Part shown: piece after piece, positions 11,501 to 26,270 of the stretch
Layout of the letters: every line of letters starts with the position of its first letter
How positions within the stretch are numbered: position 1 is the first letter of the stretch
Assembly (NCBI GenBank): GCA_051362555.1
Contig: CM120646.1
Span: 4,402,001 to 4,466,000 of the forward strand
DNA: 64,000 nucleotides
Reading direction: 5' to 3'
Origin: Lingula anatina
Lineage: Eukaryota > Animalia > Brachiopoda
Notes under the pieces: model-generated
Databases searched by the model: none
Seen by the model: only the letters and a program-made list of their open reading frames with translations
What the model was told of the DNA's origin: nothing
Translations under genes and position numbers: made by a program

Positions 11501-14500
11501 AGGGTAAATTATGCAAAGAGAAAGATAAGTTGTGGTTTTTGGATATTTCTGGTGATATACCTATGATAGGAGCTGCCTTTAAATGACTGTTCCCTGGTTG
11601 GTGGTGGGGGAGGAAGGTCGTAGTCACTGGGCACATGGAAGTGACCTACAATATAAAATATAACATGGAACATTCCATTAGTCATGTCATTTTAATGACC
11701 TAGGAAATGTGTATAATAATGTACAGTCATATGACAATTGGCAATGAGATATAGAGATAACATGAGCATTAAAGTAAGACTGCCAATCTCAATTTTTATA
11801 TATAATTCATGAACTATAACAAGGACTTAATACCCCTGGCACTGGCAGACCCTGGATTTTGACAGGAGGTGGGGGGCACAAGAACAGCATTTTTTTCTTA
11901 CTCTTTTTAGCTTTGTAAAATAGTTCACAAAGGTAATTATACTAAAATGTATAACACAAGTACAGTGAAGGAAATTGCTTGGTTCTTGTTTCATTTTGCT
12001 TGCTATACTGTTTTTTGGCAGAAAGAAGGGGAAGGAAAGGGCAGCCCATTACCCCCTCTGTTCCTCATGGACGTCCCACAGACTATGTAGATCCTGTCAA
12101 CTCACCTGTATTGTGACTGGTGTCTTGGTCTCTATGTTGACTGGAATGTTGGTTGGCAGTACCAGGGCCCTCTGCGGAGTGCCGTTTCCTGCCGGCCTTG
12201 TCGTCGTCATGCTGTTGTTGCCGCGGCTCCAGGTGTTCTAGGGAGTGGTGCCGCGGTATAGGGATGTCGTAGGTTAGCTCTGCATAGGGAACTAGAATAT
12301 GACAGATGGATAAATATATGTTTATATGTATATATGCACATATTCTAGGGAGTGGTGCCACGGTATAGGGATGTCGTAGGTTAGTTCTGCATAGGGAACT
12401 AGAATATGACAGTTGAGTATTATACTATATACACATACATGCATGAATCAAAAGTTAAGATTCATGCTGGTAAAAATAATATAATTGCTTTCAAAAAGGG
12501 TTAATATATTTTTTCTTATGAGACGTTTCAACCCTTGATCATGAATGATGAAGGGAGGACAAAATTATGTTTATTATTTAAAAAACTTCTTTACCATCTT
12601 TACAAAAGGCAAAAGAGATTGGAAAAACATATAGCATTTCCCCATACTACTAAAGTTATCATATCAAATTTTGTTTTTGACAGCCCCCGCCCCCAGCACT
12701 GCAAATTGTAATGCACTGTAGACTACGTAAAGAATATTATTTCATCTAATACAAGAAAAGTCTATTGGCATTCAGTTAAAACAATATTTTTAAGTAAATA
12801 GCTTGTGTGAGTATCTATATTTTATCTGCTGTCAATTCACAATCATAACCACTCACCGCTAGGGTCGCCATTAACATCTGCATTATGTGCCAGTGGTGAA
12901 GTGAGTGGTGCAGTATGGGGAGCCTCCTTACGCAACGGACTGGGAACTGGGGCCTCGTAGTTAGGCACATCATCTTCGTCTTCAGGGAGCGGGGCAGGGG
13001 GCGGTCGCCTGAAGGAATAATATATACCATTAAGCTGAAGGTGAAATACGAAAAAGACGGTCCTTACTGTATTAAATAGCAGAGGCACTTATCCAAGATC
13101 TACATTAAAGAAAATACTGCTTTATCTCTATTCAACTGAATTGTGTACAGACTTTGGAAAGAAAAAAAAAAGGGGGGAGTGGCTTGTGACAGTTTACTTA
13201 CCTTGTTGCTTTAGGTGAAGAGCCGGGGGAGTGGCGAGGGGAGGGACCTGGTGACAGACGTCTGGGCGGGACAGGAGGCGGGAGATCTCGCCGTCGGACA
13301 TGAGGAGACAAATCCTGAAAAATTCATTTAGTGAAATCAAAAAATTGTTATTAAAAATCTTGTTTTTTAAGTACTGACAAGAGCTGTACTAGTAGATAGC
13401 ATTTTAGCTCATTACCTGCTTCTCATATTGTACATTATATCAAAGCATTAACATGTTATGAATGAAGTAATTAAATGTGGCATTATCGCAGCAAAGGCTA
13501 GGACCTAGAAAATGGCCTTCCCCATCAAAACATCAACAGCCATCACACTGTGTTTACCTGTTCTGCTGCGTGACCTCCTGTTTTGTCTCCTAAAGTGACT
13601 AGCAACCATTGCCCTGGGTCCTGTAGAACAAACAGAGGACTCGACTGAGAGAATCATGTGATTTATGGCATTTTGAGTTCTCAAGTACGCAGCAAAAGAG
13701 GTAAGTTAAACTCTTTAAAACAACGAAAGCAACGAAGCAAAAAAAGTAATCGAGACTGGATATTAAAAAGCCTAAGGCAAGCAGGCAATTATTACATGAA
13801 TGCACCATGTAGATTTATAGAACTGTGGTAGACTATATGAAAGTTGTTTTAAGAGTTATAATGATACAAATCTTCAATCACAGGGGGTTAACCCAGTCTT
13901 ATTTACAAACTTAGTTCTATTAACATCATATGGATGTCTTTCAAGCAATACATAAGGTCTATTTCCAGTTCAGCTTACTTCTTAATTCTTTCTAATTCAA
14001 GAAGTACAGCAGTGCATTAACATACAATTATTCCGTTTTATTACATTTCCTTTAAAAGCTAAACTGATAACATAAAATTTCTGAAAACAATGCCAATAAA
14101 TACAAATATAAAACAATCACAGATATTCATCCAGATATATAAATATGTTATTAATAACACTTAAACACCAATACCAATCAATCACAGTACACACATCAGT
14201 AGATTTGTCAGACAAAATTCAGCACTAAACATGTTACAACCACCCTGAGCTTCAGAGCTAACTTGACACTAACCTTTTCACTGTAGCCTATCTCCATCGT
14301 GTCAAGTAACCTCTGACCAGATTCGAGTGCCCCCGCCGCCCGCCAATCAAATTTAAAGCCCGCACTCAATGACTCATTGAACGATCTAGCCAATGAACGC
14401 GAACGAGTCAAAGCGCGCTTTGTTCAAATCCGGACCAATCAAAGATAAGGCTGAATATCAGGGACTTGCCGTAATCTGTGGGCAGCACGCAAAATACATC

Positions 14501-17500
14501 ATCCCTCAGTAGATAATGATGCAGGGCATCATACTGCTCTGGTTTCAATTCCGATATACTCCACGCTTTCTTTGTGTACGGTTATGCACTCGGAACCACT
14601 CGGAACTACTCGGATGTCTCCGCACTCGACAATAACTATGTTGTTAGTATGGAGCTTGCGGAATCAGCCGAGGATTGCCGATTGACGATCAACCAATCAG
14701 CGTTTTCACCAAACTTTGGTGAAAAATTTTGAAACATGGATTCGATTGGCTTATATAAAATAGGTCAAACTATTTTCGTCAGAGGTTACTTGACACGATG
14801 GAGATAGGCTACAGTGAAAAGGTTAGTGTCAAGTTAGCTCTGAAGCTCAGGGTGGTTACAACAGATTGGACTTTCTAATGTTGATATTTATACCCATGCT
14901 TGAGGAAGAGGACATCCCCAGCCAATAGGAACACAACCCATCATCTACAATATCTCAGTTTTTCTGATTCTCTGTTAGTCTACAAAGTTTGTAACATTTT
15001 GAAGTAAAATTGCATAAAATTTGTAATTTTCTGAAATGCAAAAAAAAAAAAAAAAGCAGCCTATAAGGGAAATATGATCTCAGAAATGTTGCTGGACATG
15101 TTAAAGACAAACAAAAATTTTTGTGGTCAAAACATGCCCTTAAACATGGACGTCTGCCATCAAGTACAACCTTTAAGCCACTTCTCTATAAGTCCGCAAT
15201 TCACAACAGCAGACTTACAGATCTGCCAATCAAATTTAGTGACCCACTAAAAAGCTTGTCGTTTTATTCCTGATTTCACACAGAACAGATTCCCCGAGGG
15301 GATTACTCAACAAGCATTCAAGTGGGTAGGCCATATTTGATATGGGCAGATCTGTCAGTCTGCTGTTGCGGCCTTAGAAAGGAATTTGTCACAGTTGCTC
15401 ATAAAAGCATGCAAAATACACCACCTTTGAGCAGTATGAATATTATGGCAATATGGCAGTCAGAACACTTCAAAAAGCTTTTCATTGGGATTTTTTCATG
15501 CAGGCAATCAACAGCTTCAATTTTTACTCATGATCAGCAAAAAAGCTCTGTTGGACCTACAAGTGTGTGTGCGTGCAAGCGTGCATGCGTGTCTATTGTC
15601 ACATGAAGACCAGGTTTAGCGTCTTATATTGAATTTTCATAGACTGAGATTTTCCTATTTTTTCTTTTTAGATACATTGTTTGTCAAAAGCAAGCCAGAT
15701 TCTTTTTAAAGTAATAATAATTCACTACTCCCTGTCAAATTTACACTGGTTGAAAATATAAGTAATGCATGGAGCATGGAGTGAAAGTATAAAGAATGAA
15801 CTTTGTGAAGATAAATGTGGTTATAAAAATGTACATTTATGTATAATTTGGAACTCAATGGAGTGAGTAAATACCTGAAAAATTATTAAGGGACTTTACA
15901 GAATTTTCTAAAATTGAATTTTTTTCAGTTGAGTTTTTGTGAAATTTGCAGAGCTATTTCTTCTACTCTTCTCTACAGCTGACATAGTTATAAAAATTCA
16001 TGGCTTGAACAGTTCTCAAGTTTCCATATGGGAGACCAGTATTTGGTGACCTGATGATTATGTCAGATAGATTAATTCCAGTACATTAGTAAGTCTAGTT
16101 GTGACTTTGCTCACATAAATATGTTGTTTGGTTGTCTCTTGTCACATGCACTGTTTTCTGCTTCTAAATGAAAGTCCATCTGTTTTTCAATTAATCTGAG
16201 AGGAGGCTAGTTTAACAGTATTTTGAGTTAGTTAAGTACTCTTAAAACAGACAAATCCAGCATTGTTTTAAGTTAGTAATAACCCTATCAGTTCTTATCA
16301 GTGAAACCCACTGAAAGTTCACCTAGGACCATGCAAACATCCACTACAGACAACTGTCTTTTAATTATATGTAAAATGTTATAATTTCAAAGTAATCGTA
16401 ACTGAACAGCTGTTATCTACAAACACAGACACGTAAACTGTGCTAAGCTGCATCTACAAAAGCTACACCACAAAAAGTGAGAAAATAAAAATCATTTGTA
16501 TTTTTTACCTTCATCTGTAAGCAAAAAAGAAGACCAAGATAAGGTTAGAATATTTCTTAAAACAGTCAAAGCAGGGCAATGGTTGGTTTAGATCAATGTT
16601 TCTCAGGAACAAACACATTTTTTTACATAATCAATGTTATTGTGCTCTTTTCAAAAACATGAGAGTTGACCTTATACATTGTGATGCCTGAGAAATTAGA
16701 CAGGGCTAGTTAAATTATTATGTCTTTAAATTTAGTATTTTTTCTTAGAAAAAAGATCAACCATTGAAACGTACACTAACACTACAATTCAAAAAGATGT
16801 TTATATCTGAGAAACAACAATCTATAAATTGAGAAATCTGATTATATTCAAGCTTTGTCATGCTAATAATCTGTGCCTCTATAAGAAAAATCAGTCAGAA
16901 AAAAAAAAACAATCTATTCTGAAGTACATAAATTTGCAAAAAATCACCTCATTAACATTTAATCTAAAACATTTCCAGTCAAAAACACAACTTCTAAATG
17001 TATACACAATACAATGATTAAGCTTCATTTCAACTAAAATAACCAAATGCAATACAAACAGCCTACAATCAATTCAAACAACTGAAGTTTAGCATCAAAC
17101 AACACATTTAACTATGACAGTGGTGTCAGTATCTTTTTTTTTTTTGTCTCAGAACGTTGGCTGTGTGTGCAAAGGGGACAAACCGAGTGAGAGCAATTCA
17201 TGAACCAGATAATTCAGCACTTAATGAGATCATATGCCCCTTAGGAAAAGTGCTCAGATGAAATTTCAGTGTCTGCAATAAAGTTGTAATTAAGTTGTAA
17301 GTAGAAAAATAATAAATAAATATATAAATAATAAATAAATATAACAAAAAACAAACCAATCAAACTAATAGATCCCAAGCTCGATTCTTAAGGGGGGAGG
17401 GAGGGGGGGTCAAAATCAAAAGCCACGAGGGGGAAACACTGCTTTATCTCCCTAAAAATGTTCTGCATGCATACATAACTGAAAAACAATGCTGGCATTT

Positions 17501-18098
17501 TTTCCCTTTATCACTTTTTCTCCACTCCATCAACCCCAAAGTAAAAATTCAAATCAACCACTAACACCAAATCTGAATGACCTTTACCTCAAATGTAGAA
17601 TTTTGATCATCGTCCGAGTGCTCAGAGGGTGACAGACCTCCCGTCCCCTTCTTCTCCTTGTCTCGTAGCTTGCTGACAGTTTTGGGGTCAAAGGGATCCA
17701 CGACCACGCTCTCCGTCCCTTTGATCTCCGTCCTGCAGAAAGGGCAGCTCTGTCCGTCCTTGTCCTGGCATAGGGAAATAAAGATATCGAAATTGATGTC
17801 CAACACTGATATTGAAGTGAAACAGGTTTTTCACTTTCTGTTATATCTCTAGTGACAAAAATTAATTTTTTACTTAGATGACTAAACATATTTTCACAAC
17901 CTGTTTAGTTTACTAAAAATTACTTACTTTTACTATTTTTTTGTTATCCAACATAACTTCATGAAATCAATAATAAATGAAAAATATCTTTAAATCAACA
18001 TATTTTTGCTTAAATCAAAAGACTTTTTTCCACTACATAAATGATGAATGGAAATAAGACCATTTTTTATTTTTAAGCTAAATATATTGAAATTCATC

Positions 18099-18141
<43 letters not shown>

Positions 18142-19492
18142 ATACAAAACACATCAGGCAAGTCGCGCCACTGACCTGCCATGCGTTAAGACAAGGTGTA
18201 CACAGCAAATGGCCACACGGTTCTATCCTAATATCTTTGTCGTTCTCGGCACAAATCTTACACAGCTGGAACGTGGAACCCATCTCGCAGTACAGCTCGT
18301 ACTGCTCCTGCGTCACCTGCACGTGGTCCTCCTCAAGGTCATTTACAAGGTAACTGAGGTCAGGGTTGATATTCCGGCCGTCGGGATATAGGTAACTGGA
18401 ACAGTAAGACTTAGTATGATTGTGAGGGTCATTAACATGTTGGTATGAAAGTTAGGGCAATTAACTTTCTGAAAATAGTTGTCCTCTAGTCATCTCTCTC
18501 TCTCTCTTTTTTCTAGAAATAATAACAAGTGATCTGTGATGGTCCTTGTGGCATTAATGTGTATAAGCTAGGTCGACAATCTTCATTCTGAATGGTCCCT
18601 ACACCAATATTTGACCTTATGTAATTTTGTGTACTGTAACAGGCCCTTGAGTTGCCTGTAATGAATACCCAAGTACTTACAATCCCTCACGTTGTCCATC
18701 TAGTAGTGCCTGGCACAGGGACTTATTCTGAGGGATGGTCTGAAGGATCTGACCGTCTGTGGTCACGTAGCCAATTGCCCACTGTCCTAGCCTTGTACAG
18801 CTTAGGCGAAACACATAGCTGGAATGTAGAGGGAGTGGAATTTGTTATATATAATATATGATTGGAACACAAGAGAGAGGGAATTGTTATACAAAACATT
18901 TAGTTTGAAAACAGATTATTGAAATAGTTACATATTTGAGTTCAATTCTTGAGTTCAAAAAATGAGAGAAAAAAATCAAATCGGGGTCTAAAACTCTTAT
19001 ATCCTGAAAGATGGGACAAGCATGACTTGACTGCAATTCAATATCTTAGCATTTATAACTCCAAACATGCACGATCACAACTGAAATCATAGCACAGTGA
19101 CAAAGTTTTCATCCTCATTTCCAAAGTGGGTGTAAAAGACGCTCAGGGGTGAAAACAAATGATTCATGTAGTTTACTGTCCAGGGTTCTACTCATGAGGT
19201 ATTTCAATTTCATTGACAAACATTTCCTATCTGACTAAATTGGGTGTGAAACATGCATGCTAGTGTAAAATAAGTAACTGCATTTACAACACATACCTTC
19301 CTGGTTTGGTAATGTATTTATGAAGTCGTGCTTTGACTTCGTCATACGTCAGAAACGCCACGTAGCCAGGGTGGGTCACCGCCAGAACGTTCCAGTTCCT
19401 CAGCAAATTACCCCAGGGTTGAAATAGTCTGAAAAAATCAACATATTCATATAAATTCAAATTATCTGTTTTATAAATAATAAAACTGCTGA

Positions 19493-19548
<56 letters not shown>

Positions 19549-20391
19549 TTATTTATTTGTATTAGCCTTTTTATATAATATTCCATTTATATTGTACATA
19601 ATGCACATTTCTGTGATGCATATATGCTTAAAACAACTTCAACAAAATAAAATGTATTTTCTTTAAAAAACATGACTTAACCATTATTATATTGATAGCC
19701 TCATCATACACAATACACCTAACATCAAGACAGAATTTTCTTGGAAACAAGTCAAATTTAAGTCCATGAAATAAAGTAGTGAAAGTATCAATCATGGACT
19801 AATATTCAAAATACATCATATTTTGATGCGGGTATTCTAAACGGAGATAAGTGGTACTTGTTCACCATACTCACCTGGCAAAAACATCAAACTCAAACAC
19901 AGAAATAAAGTCATTACAACTCAAATCAATGGTGGACTTCAGGGCCAGAGCTTCCAGGGAAGAATTGATTGTGTGGACCTCGTTAATAGACTGTCGGAAC
20001 AGTTTCCATGATACCACCGGCCTGGAAAAATATGAACAAGAATGAATGTAATGAGTCCAATTAATGCTAGTAAGACCGCATTGCCATACACACTATTGGT
20101 GTGCGTAGATTGACCCAACTCTGTGGGGAAACTCGTTAAGTGCAATCAGCTTATCTTAAAGACACTCCTCTTGTTTCCATCATGCTCTTATAATCACCAG
20201 CTTTTCTGTATTCTACTAACTAGTAATGCCAGGAGGAAGTGTGTCATTTTGTTAAGCTGACTGCAGAGTCCCCTTCACAAATGGAAATGGTTTACGGTGT
20301 AAAACTTCTTTGTGTAAGTGCAGAGATGGGTTGAGAAATCAGTCCTGAGTATGTGAAAATTGTTTTTATTTTTCTCAAACAACCATCTCCC

Positions 20392-20473
<82 letters not shown>

Positions 20474-21831
20474 CACACAATGATCTTAAACCCAATGCAC
20501 TCAACAGATAGGAAAATAGCTAAAGACGTAAAAAATAAGGTTAATGGATGTGAAAGTTGTCACAGAGGTAAATCATAATTTTAAAAGACCTACATGATAA
20601 AATATCAAAATACATTCACAGCCTCTGCAATTACTACAATGAAATGACATGCCACAACTAGCAACAATGGGCTTTAAAATCATTTTGGTCCAAGTGATGT
20701 ATAAGTGTCATTACAGAAAAGGGAACTAATCAGGAAATGAAAGGGAAGAACTGAGTAATGTCAGGCTCAGATTTCTATACTGCATGAAAATAAACAGTCA
20801 GAACAGAACTGTCTAAAAATGTAACAAGGGGACTATTAATAAAAACGTCTCCATCGATACTGATATCATTTGATTAAATTGCCATGGTGATATATGATCT
20901 AGGCACTGGTGTTTGCAATCATGTTTTTGGGGTGTCACAAGTTACTAAATTTAACGTGAGCTAAAAGCTTTATGTCACGTTTGGATGATGAGCAAAATCA
21001 TGTCAATATGACATTCGTGACCATTTTCAAGTGCTAATACTGTATTTATAAACATTGTTATGTGATGGGGGGGTCGGGGGGGGGGGCAGTTGACAAAGCA
21101 AATTCTCCTACCAACAATCACTTTGAATTTAACTGCATTTAGTGTTCCATCAGAACTCCTAACCCATTCCACAGCATTAATGCTGGCTCCATGATTGACC
21201 AAATACTATTATTTTAAATGGAAGCTGAGACAGTAAAACTCTGTTAAGGCTTTAAATTGTCCAGTAACTGCTAGTGCTGCTTGTTGCTCTAGACCAGAAG
21301 ACTTCTTAACCCTTAGTAGCCCAAAATAACAAAAGACTAATTAAATTGTTTTTTGGCACAGACTGCTACTAGTAACCTAACAAACAAACATAGTATACAT
21401 AGATACATACTACATACGTCAGTCCCCTAATAACATGACGTAAATACTTACTTAACACTTACAAATTGTGCAAATTGTCATTAAACGAAATAAATTAACA
21501 CATATCAATTAAGGATATTTAATGACATTTTATTCCGTCATTTCCCTTTCACTTTCCCCCACTCCACCTCCTCATCCTTGACAACAAATGAAAGCAAAAC
21601 GAAGAAAAAAAAAAAGTTGAGAGAATAAATTAACACCTAGTATAACACATGTCAGCTAGAGGCCACCATAAGCCATGCATTTTTTTTCAAGTCAAGCTGA
21701 GCCCACCTATCTCACTACAACATAAATGGCAAGAGTAAAATGGGTATCTGGAGCCAGTTCATACCCAAACTCCCCCCCACACGCCCACACACACTACCAT
21801 CCTACACACATGCCCATCCATCCACGTATAC

Positions 21832-21907
<76 letters not shown>

Positions 21908-24900
21908 ATGTGCATATACCTTCCAATTCATCTACACACACGCCCATCCATCCACACACATACACACACACACACACACACTACCTAAAACATGTCTAAT
22001 CTTTTATACCAAAATTCTGGACTATTTCAGAAATGCATCGAGATAAACCCATATTACAAGAAGACTGCTTTTAAAATTACTCATAAGGTAGTTCAGATTT
22101 CAAACATAGACATTTGTCTTTCTGGTTATAATAAAGGTGAAATATTTCATTTGGTTGAAGTGCTACTTATTATCTTGGGTTGAGATACACTGACATCTAA
22201 GACCCCATTTCCAGAGATTAGATCGATCTACTTTAGATCGACCTAACTCCCTGGGGGTTCACGCTTAATAGCTGTCAGCCGAGCGGGCAAGAAAGTTAAT
22301 TACCCTCTTACAGCTTGTAGTAGGCGGGACGGACATTTAAGCCGGATTATCTGACAGTAATCTAGTGAGACTCCCTGCGGGGATAGATCGATCTAAAAGC
22401 TCTGGGAATACAACCTAAGACCAATTTTCAAGCCAGTTTTTTTTATCAAAAGCAGGTTTCTGGTTACTATGAACCCACCAAAGGCACAAATCTTTTCCTT
22501 TTCTGACCCTGCCTACTTCTACTGCTCCAGATATAAGCGTTATATGTCTTTCAACATGAGACCCCATTTCGATTAAGATGGGTCAGAGTAAGTTAGGCAG
22601 ACTCATTTTGAGTGGGAACACGGCTTCATAGGTACTCCACAACAAATACTCCCATCTTATAACCTTAGAGTCCTGAGGATAGGAAATGTCTTGATCTACA
22701 CTGATAACATAGAGAAATCAAATCCTCTCACCAGCCACAGAATTGACAGGCAATATAACCATATTCTAGATATTGAACACTAAGACCCCATTTCCAGAGA
22801 TTATATCGATCTACTTTAGATCGACCTAACTCCCTGGGGGTTCATGCTAAATAGCTGTCAGCTGGGCGGACACGAAAGTTAATTACCCCCTTACAGCTTG
22901 TAGTAGGCGGGACGGACATTTAAGCCGGATTATCTGACAGTAATCTAGTGAGACTCCCCGCCGGGATAGATCGATCTAAAAGCTCTGGGAATACAGCCTA
23001 ACTGAAGATAATACTATGGAAAAACTACTGCTACTAGAAAACAGACTGTGGCAACTGTGCAACAAGGTAAACTAAAACTGGGAGATAAGGGACATTTTCC
23101 TGGAATGTGTTGCAACCATGAATACGATTGTTTGTTTGGTATCTAAAAATTTTAACTGTCTATCCTCCTGAAACTGATCTGAGAAAACACCTTAATACTG
23201 TGGCTTTACTCATTCAAACAGCAAAGCAACCAAGACCAAAAAATTGTACTCATTAATTAAGTTTAAAAACTTGAATATGTCCCTTTCGAGATATTACTGT
23301 AAATGAAATCCTCTGTATCTGTAATTCAGTGCACAATTAAGATACTAGTAGCAGTATACAGTACAGAACCTATGAATGTACTTGTAATCATAGTTAATGC
23401 TTAATTTAAGTACATCATCACTGTTATGACAGGAAAAATGAACCCCCTGTGACAGATTTAACTTTGTAATGAGTGGAGCATCCTGTAATTAAGCAGCATT
23501 ACTTGGAAATACAGATCAGTTTACATGAGCTGGTTTCCAGAAAGGAAGTTGTTTATCCTGTCCCCTCTGTGACATCTCTAAGACACCAGTAACATACCAG
23601 TACTAGAGGTCTCAACCTGACCGTTTTGAACAAAATACAAAATCTTATATCTCTTTTCAGAATTTTAAGAAAAAAAGTTCTGTAAACAAAAAAAATCCCT
23701 ATTTTTTGTTTCATTAAAAAGAACTGTAATATCATTTTATTTCTCTTTTCCTGCTTATAAACTATGACTAGTAAATATAAGAGTCTAATAAGACTGCCAA
23801 ATCACATTACCACTCATGTGTTGACCCAAATAATGTACAAATTTGTTACATATACAACTATAATTTAATGCTAATTAATTAATTAATTAATCCAAAGAGA
23901 ACTGAGCTGCACTGGCAGAGATTTGTGATCCCTCCAAGTACTTTCCTAGTTAAACTGCTACTTTTATTCTCAGAAGGGAGGGTGTGGGGGGCAGGGCACG
24001 GGGGGGGGGGGGGGGGGGGGGTATCGGAAGCGCCTGATTGCACGTCATGAGGGGTCCACAGAGTAATTTGCCCATCATCCCTCCCACCTCTGATTCGTAT
24101 AACAGAAATGTCACCAAGCAGTGGGCTGCCATCAAGTGCCTCTTTCCTGTGGTTAAACCTGAAAGTGGCCAGAGACACCCACACTGTGGATATCCTCCTC
24201 AATGCTGTTTCCTCTGCTGGCAAATCTTCCCTACCTGGTACTACCAATAATGGTGGTGCAATTATTTTGTATGATTTCCCTTTACAGGATGTCTCCTCGA
24301 TTAAGCTTAGGACTAGTTCATTCAGCGCAGCAATCATCATCAATTTTTTACAGGGGGTTTCAAAGGTAGATTAATTATTCCCCTACAGAAACTCCGATGC
24401 AGGGAAACTTGAGAGCTGCATTTATCGTTGCAGTTTGTCTTCATTTTTACTCATTTTTTTGCACGGCGTATTGTAGATCAGTAGTTGTAGATCAATACAG
24501 CTGTGTGTAATGGGTTTATGCCACATGGAAGGTCTTTGGCTACATTTCAGTTTAACATATCACTTAGATTTGAAGTTTAATCTGGAATTCTCAAACCAAT
24601 TTTTAAACATAACATCAGTTTATTCTATGTTTACTGCACGATTTAACTCACTGCACATTGGTAAGCTGCTCAAAGTTGCAAAGGCAGAATGTAGACATTT
24701 TCATAAAAACCAAATAAACCACAACAAAGTTTACATTAGCTTTCCTGGAACATGTAGACAGTTTACAATGTGCTGATCAACATGACCCAGTGGAGCAGCT
24801 TATCTCTCCCATCAGACACACTAATCAAACCACAAATGACAGTCAGACTCATACCAATCCTAATCATCCTACAGTAAAAAAAACAGGCTTTTCAGGGGAG

Positions 24901-25383
24901 CTGGAATGCGGGTCAACCCAGCTCCATCTAACCAAACATTGTAATACCAGTTGGTTTAGTTTTAATGCCAGACAGCACCCCCTTTTTTTTTAGGGGGGAT
25001 CTTTTAAATAGCTTATCTGTGCACAACAGTTTCATTGTATGTATTGTACGTGGTCTGTATTTTTCGAATTAAAAATTGCATACATGTAGTCCTTCTACGT
25101 GGCCTTCTTCACTCTTTTATACAGTTATCAAAACAGTTTGAATAGCTGTGATATCTTATGCAACAGGCCAACAAAATGGGGATTTTTATCTTTTGAAATT
25201 GTACATACTAAATAATTCAGATTTCATCAAGTATAAATACTTTACCCATTTCATCTGTTTTGTCTGCTGAAATTTTCTTTTAAATTTATCATTAAAGATA
25301 TGAGGCTGTCTGGTTTGGTGCTGGGGGGTGGGTGGGGTAACAGGAGCTCCAGGCGATGTTGATATTTCTGCCCCCCCCCCCCT

Positions 25384-25422
<39 letters not shown>

Positions 25423-26225
25423 TCCCATCCTTAGATCTGAGATCAATTTTTACGGGATTGATGACAGCAATAGCCAAAATAACCAGAAAATAACTTTCTC
25501 AATTGCCCATTTTAAAAATCTTAAACACATCACACCAATTCAAAGCAAATCAAAGTGAAGTGTCAAACATTTTTACCATACAGAATAACTCCCATGACAG
25601 ATAGAAAAATCAAGCCACAAAAGAGAAAAATTTTAATAAAATATGGGAAAGGAGAGGCCTGGGTTTTCAATCCCCCTCTCTCATCATTTCAGTATTAACA
25701 ACAGTTATAGTAGGACAGCTGCACCATGCCCACTCAAGTACTAAATAAGGCTTAAATCTACGTTGCCTTGGCAACACTGGCCTTCATGGAATTACTGAGA
25801 TAAACAGGCTTATCTCGAGCAAGCGTTACATTATCCGAGAGGCTTGTTACGTACTTCTTCACGCTGAGTACAAACAGAAATGCATTTTCCATATGTTGTC
25901 CTAGTTGAAATATCCAACCAACTATACTCATAAATAGAGACACTGAAAAGAACTATTTTTTTTATCTCTCTCTCTATATATACAGTATTATGTTTATGAG
26001 TGTTATCTTCAGATATGACAGTAGAAAAAATTAATTTTTTTATTTATATTTTAATTTACCTGATCATGCCGAAAGACTATTTTATCTCTTATGAACCATC
26101 TTTCTCTTTCTCTCCCACACTTTGCACTTGACATATAATCTAATTATGTGGCTACACCAGATCTAACATCTAACTAACACATTTTGTTGAAAATTACAGC
26201 CACAGACACTGTATTGTGGATATGA

Positions 26226-26270
<45 letters not shown>

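Noticed and set aside
19492-19560. Inverted (AAAT)n/(TTTA)n pair as a structured element
   Set aside because: Explained by simple-repeat slippage.
21726-22046. His-Thr, Glu-Arg, poly-Tyr and poly-Pro ORFs (also 20275-20578, 25186-25558, 26230-26433, 36985-37263)
   Set aside because: Translations of microsatellites or homopolymers.
24895-24926. 8-bp stem ggagctgg/ccagctcc as tRNA or snoRNA
   Set aside because: No cloverleaf, A/B boxes or C/D boxes; I recognised no RNA gene anywhere in the window.
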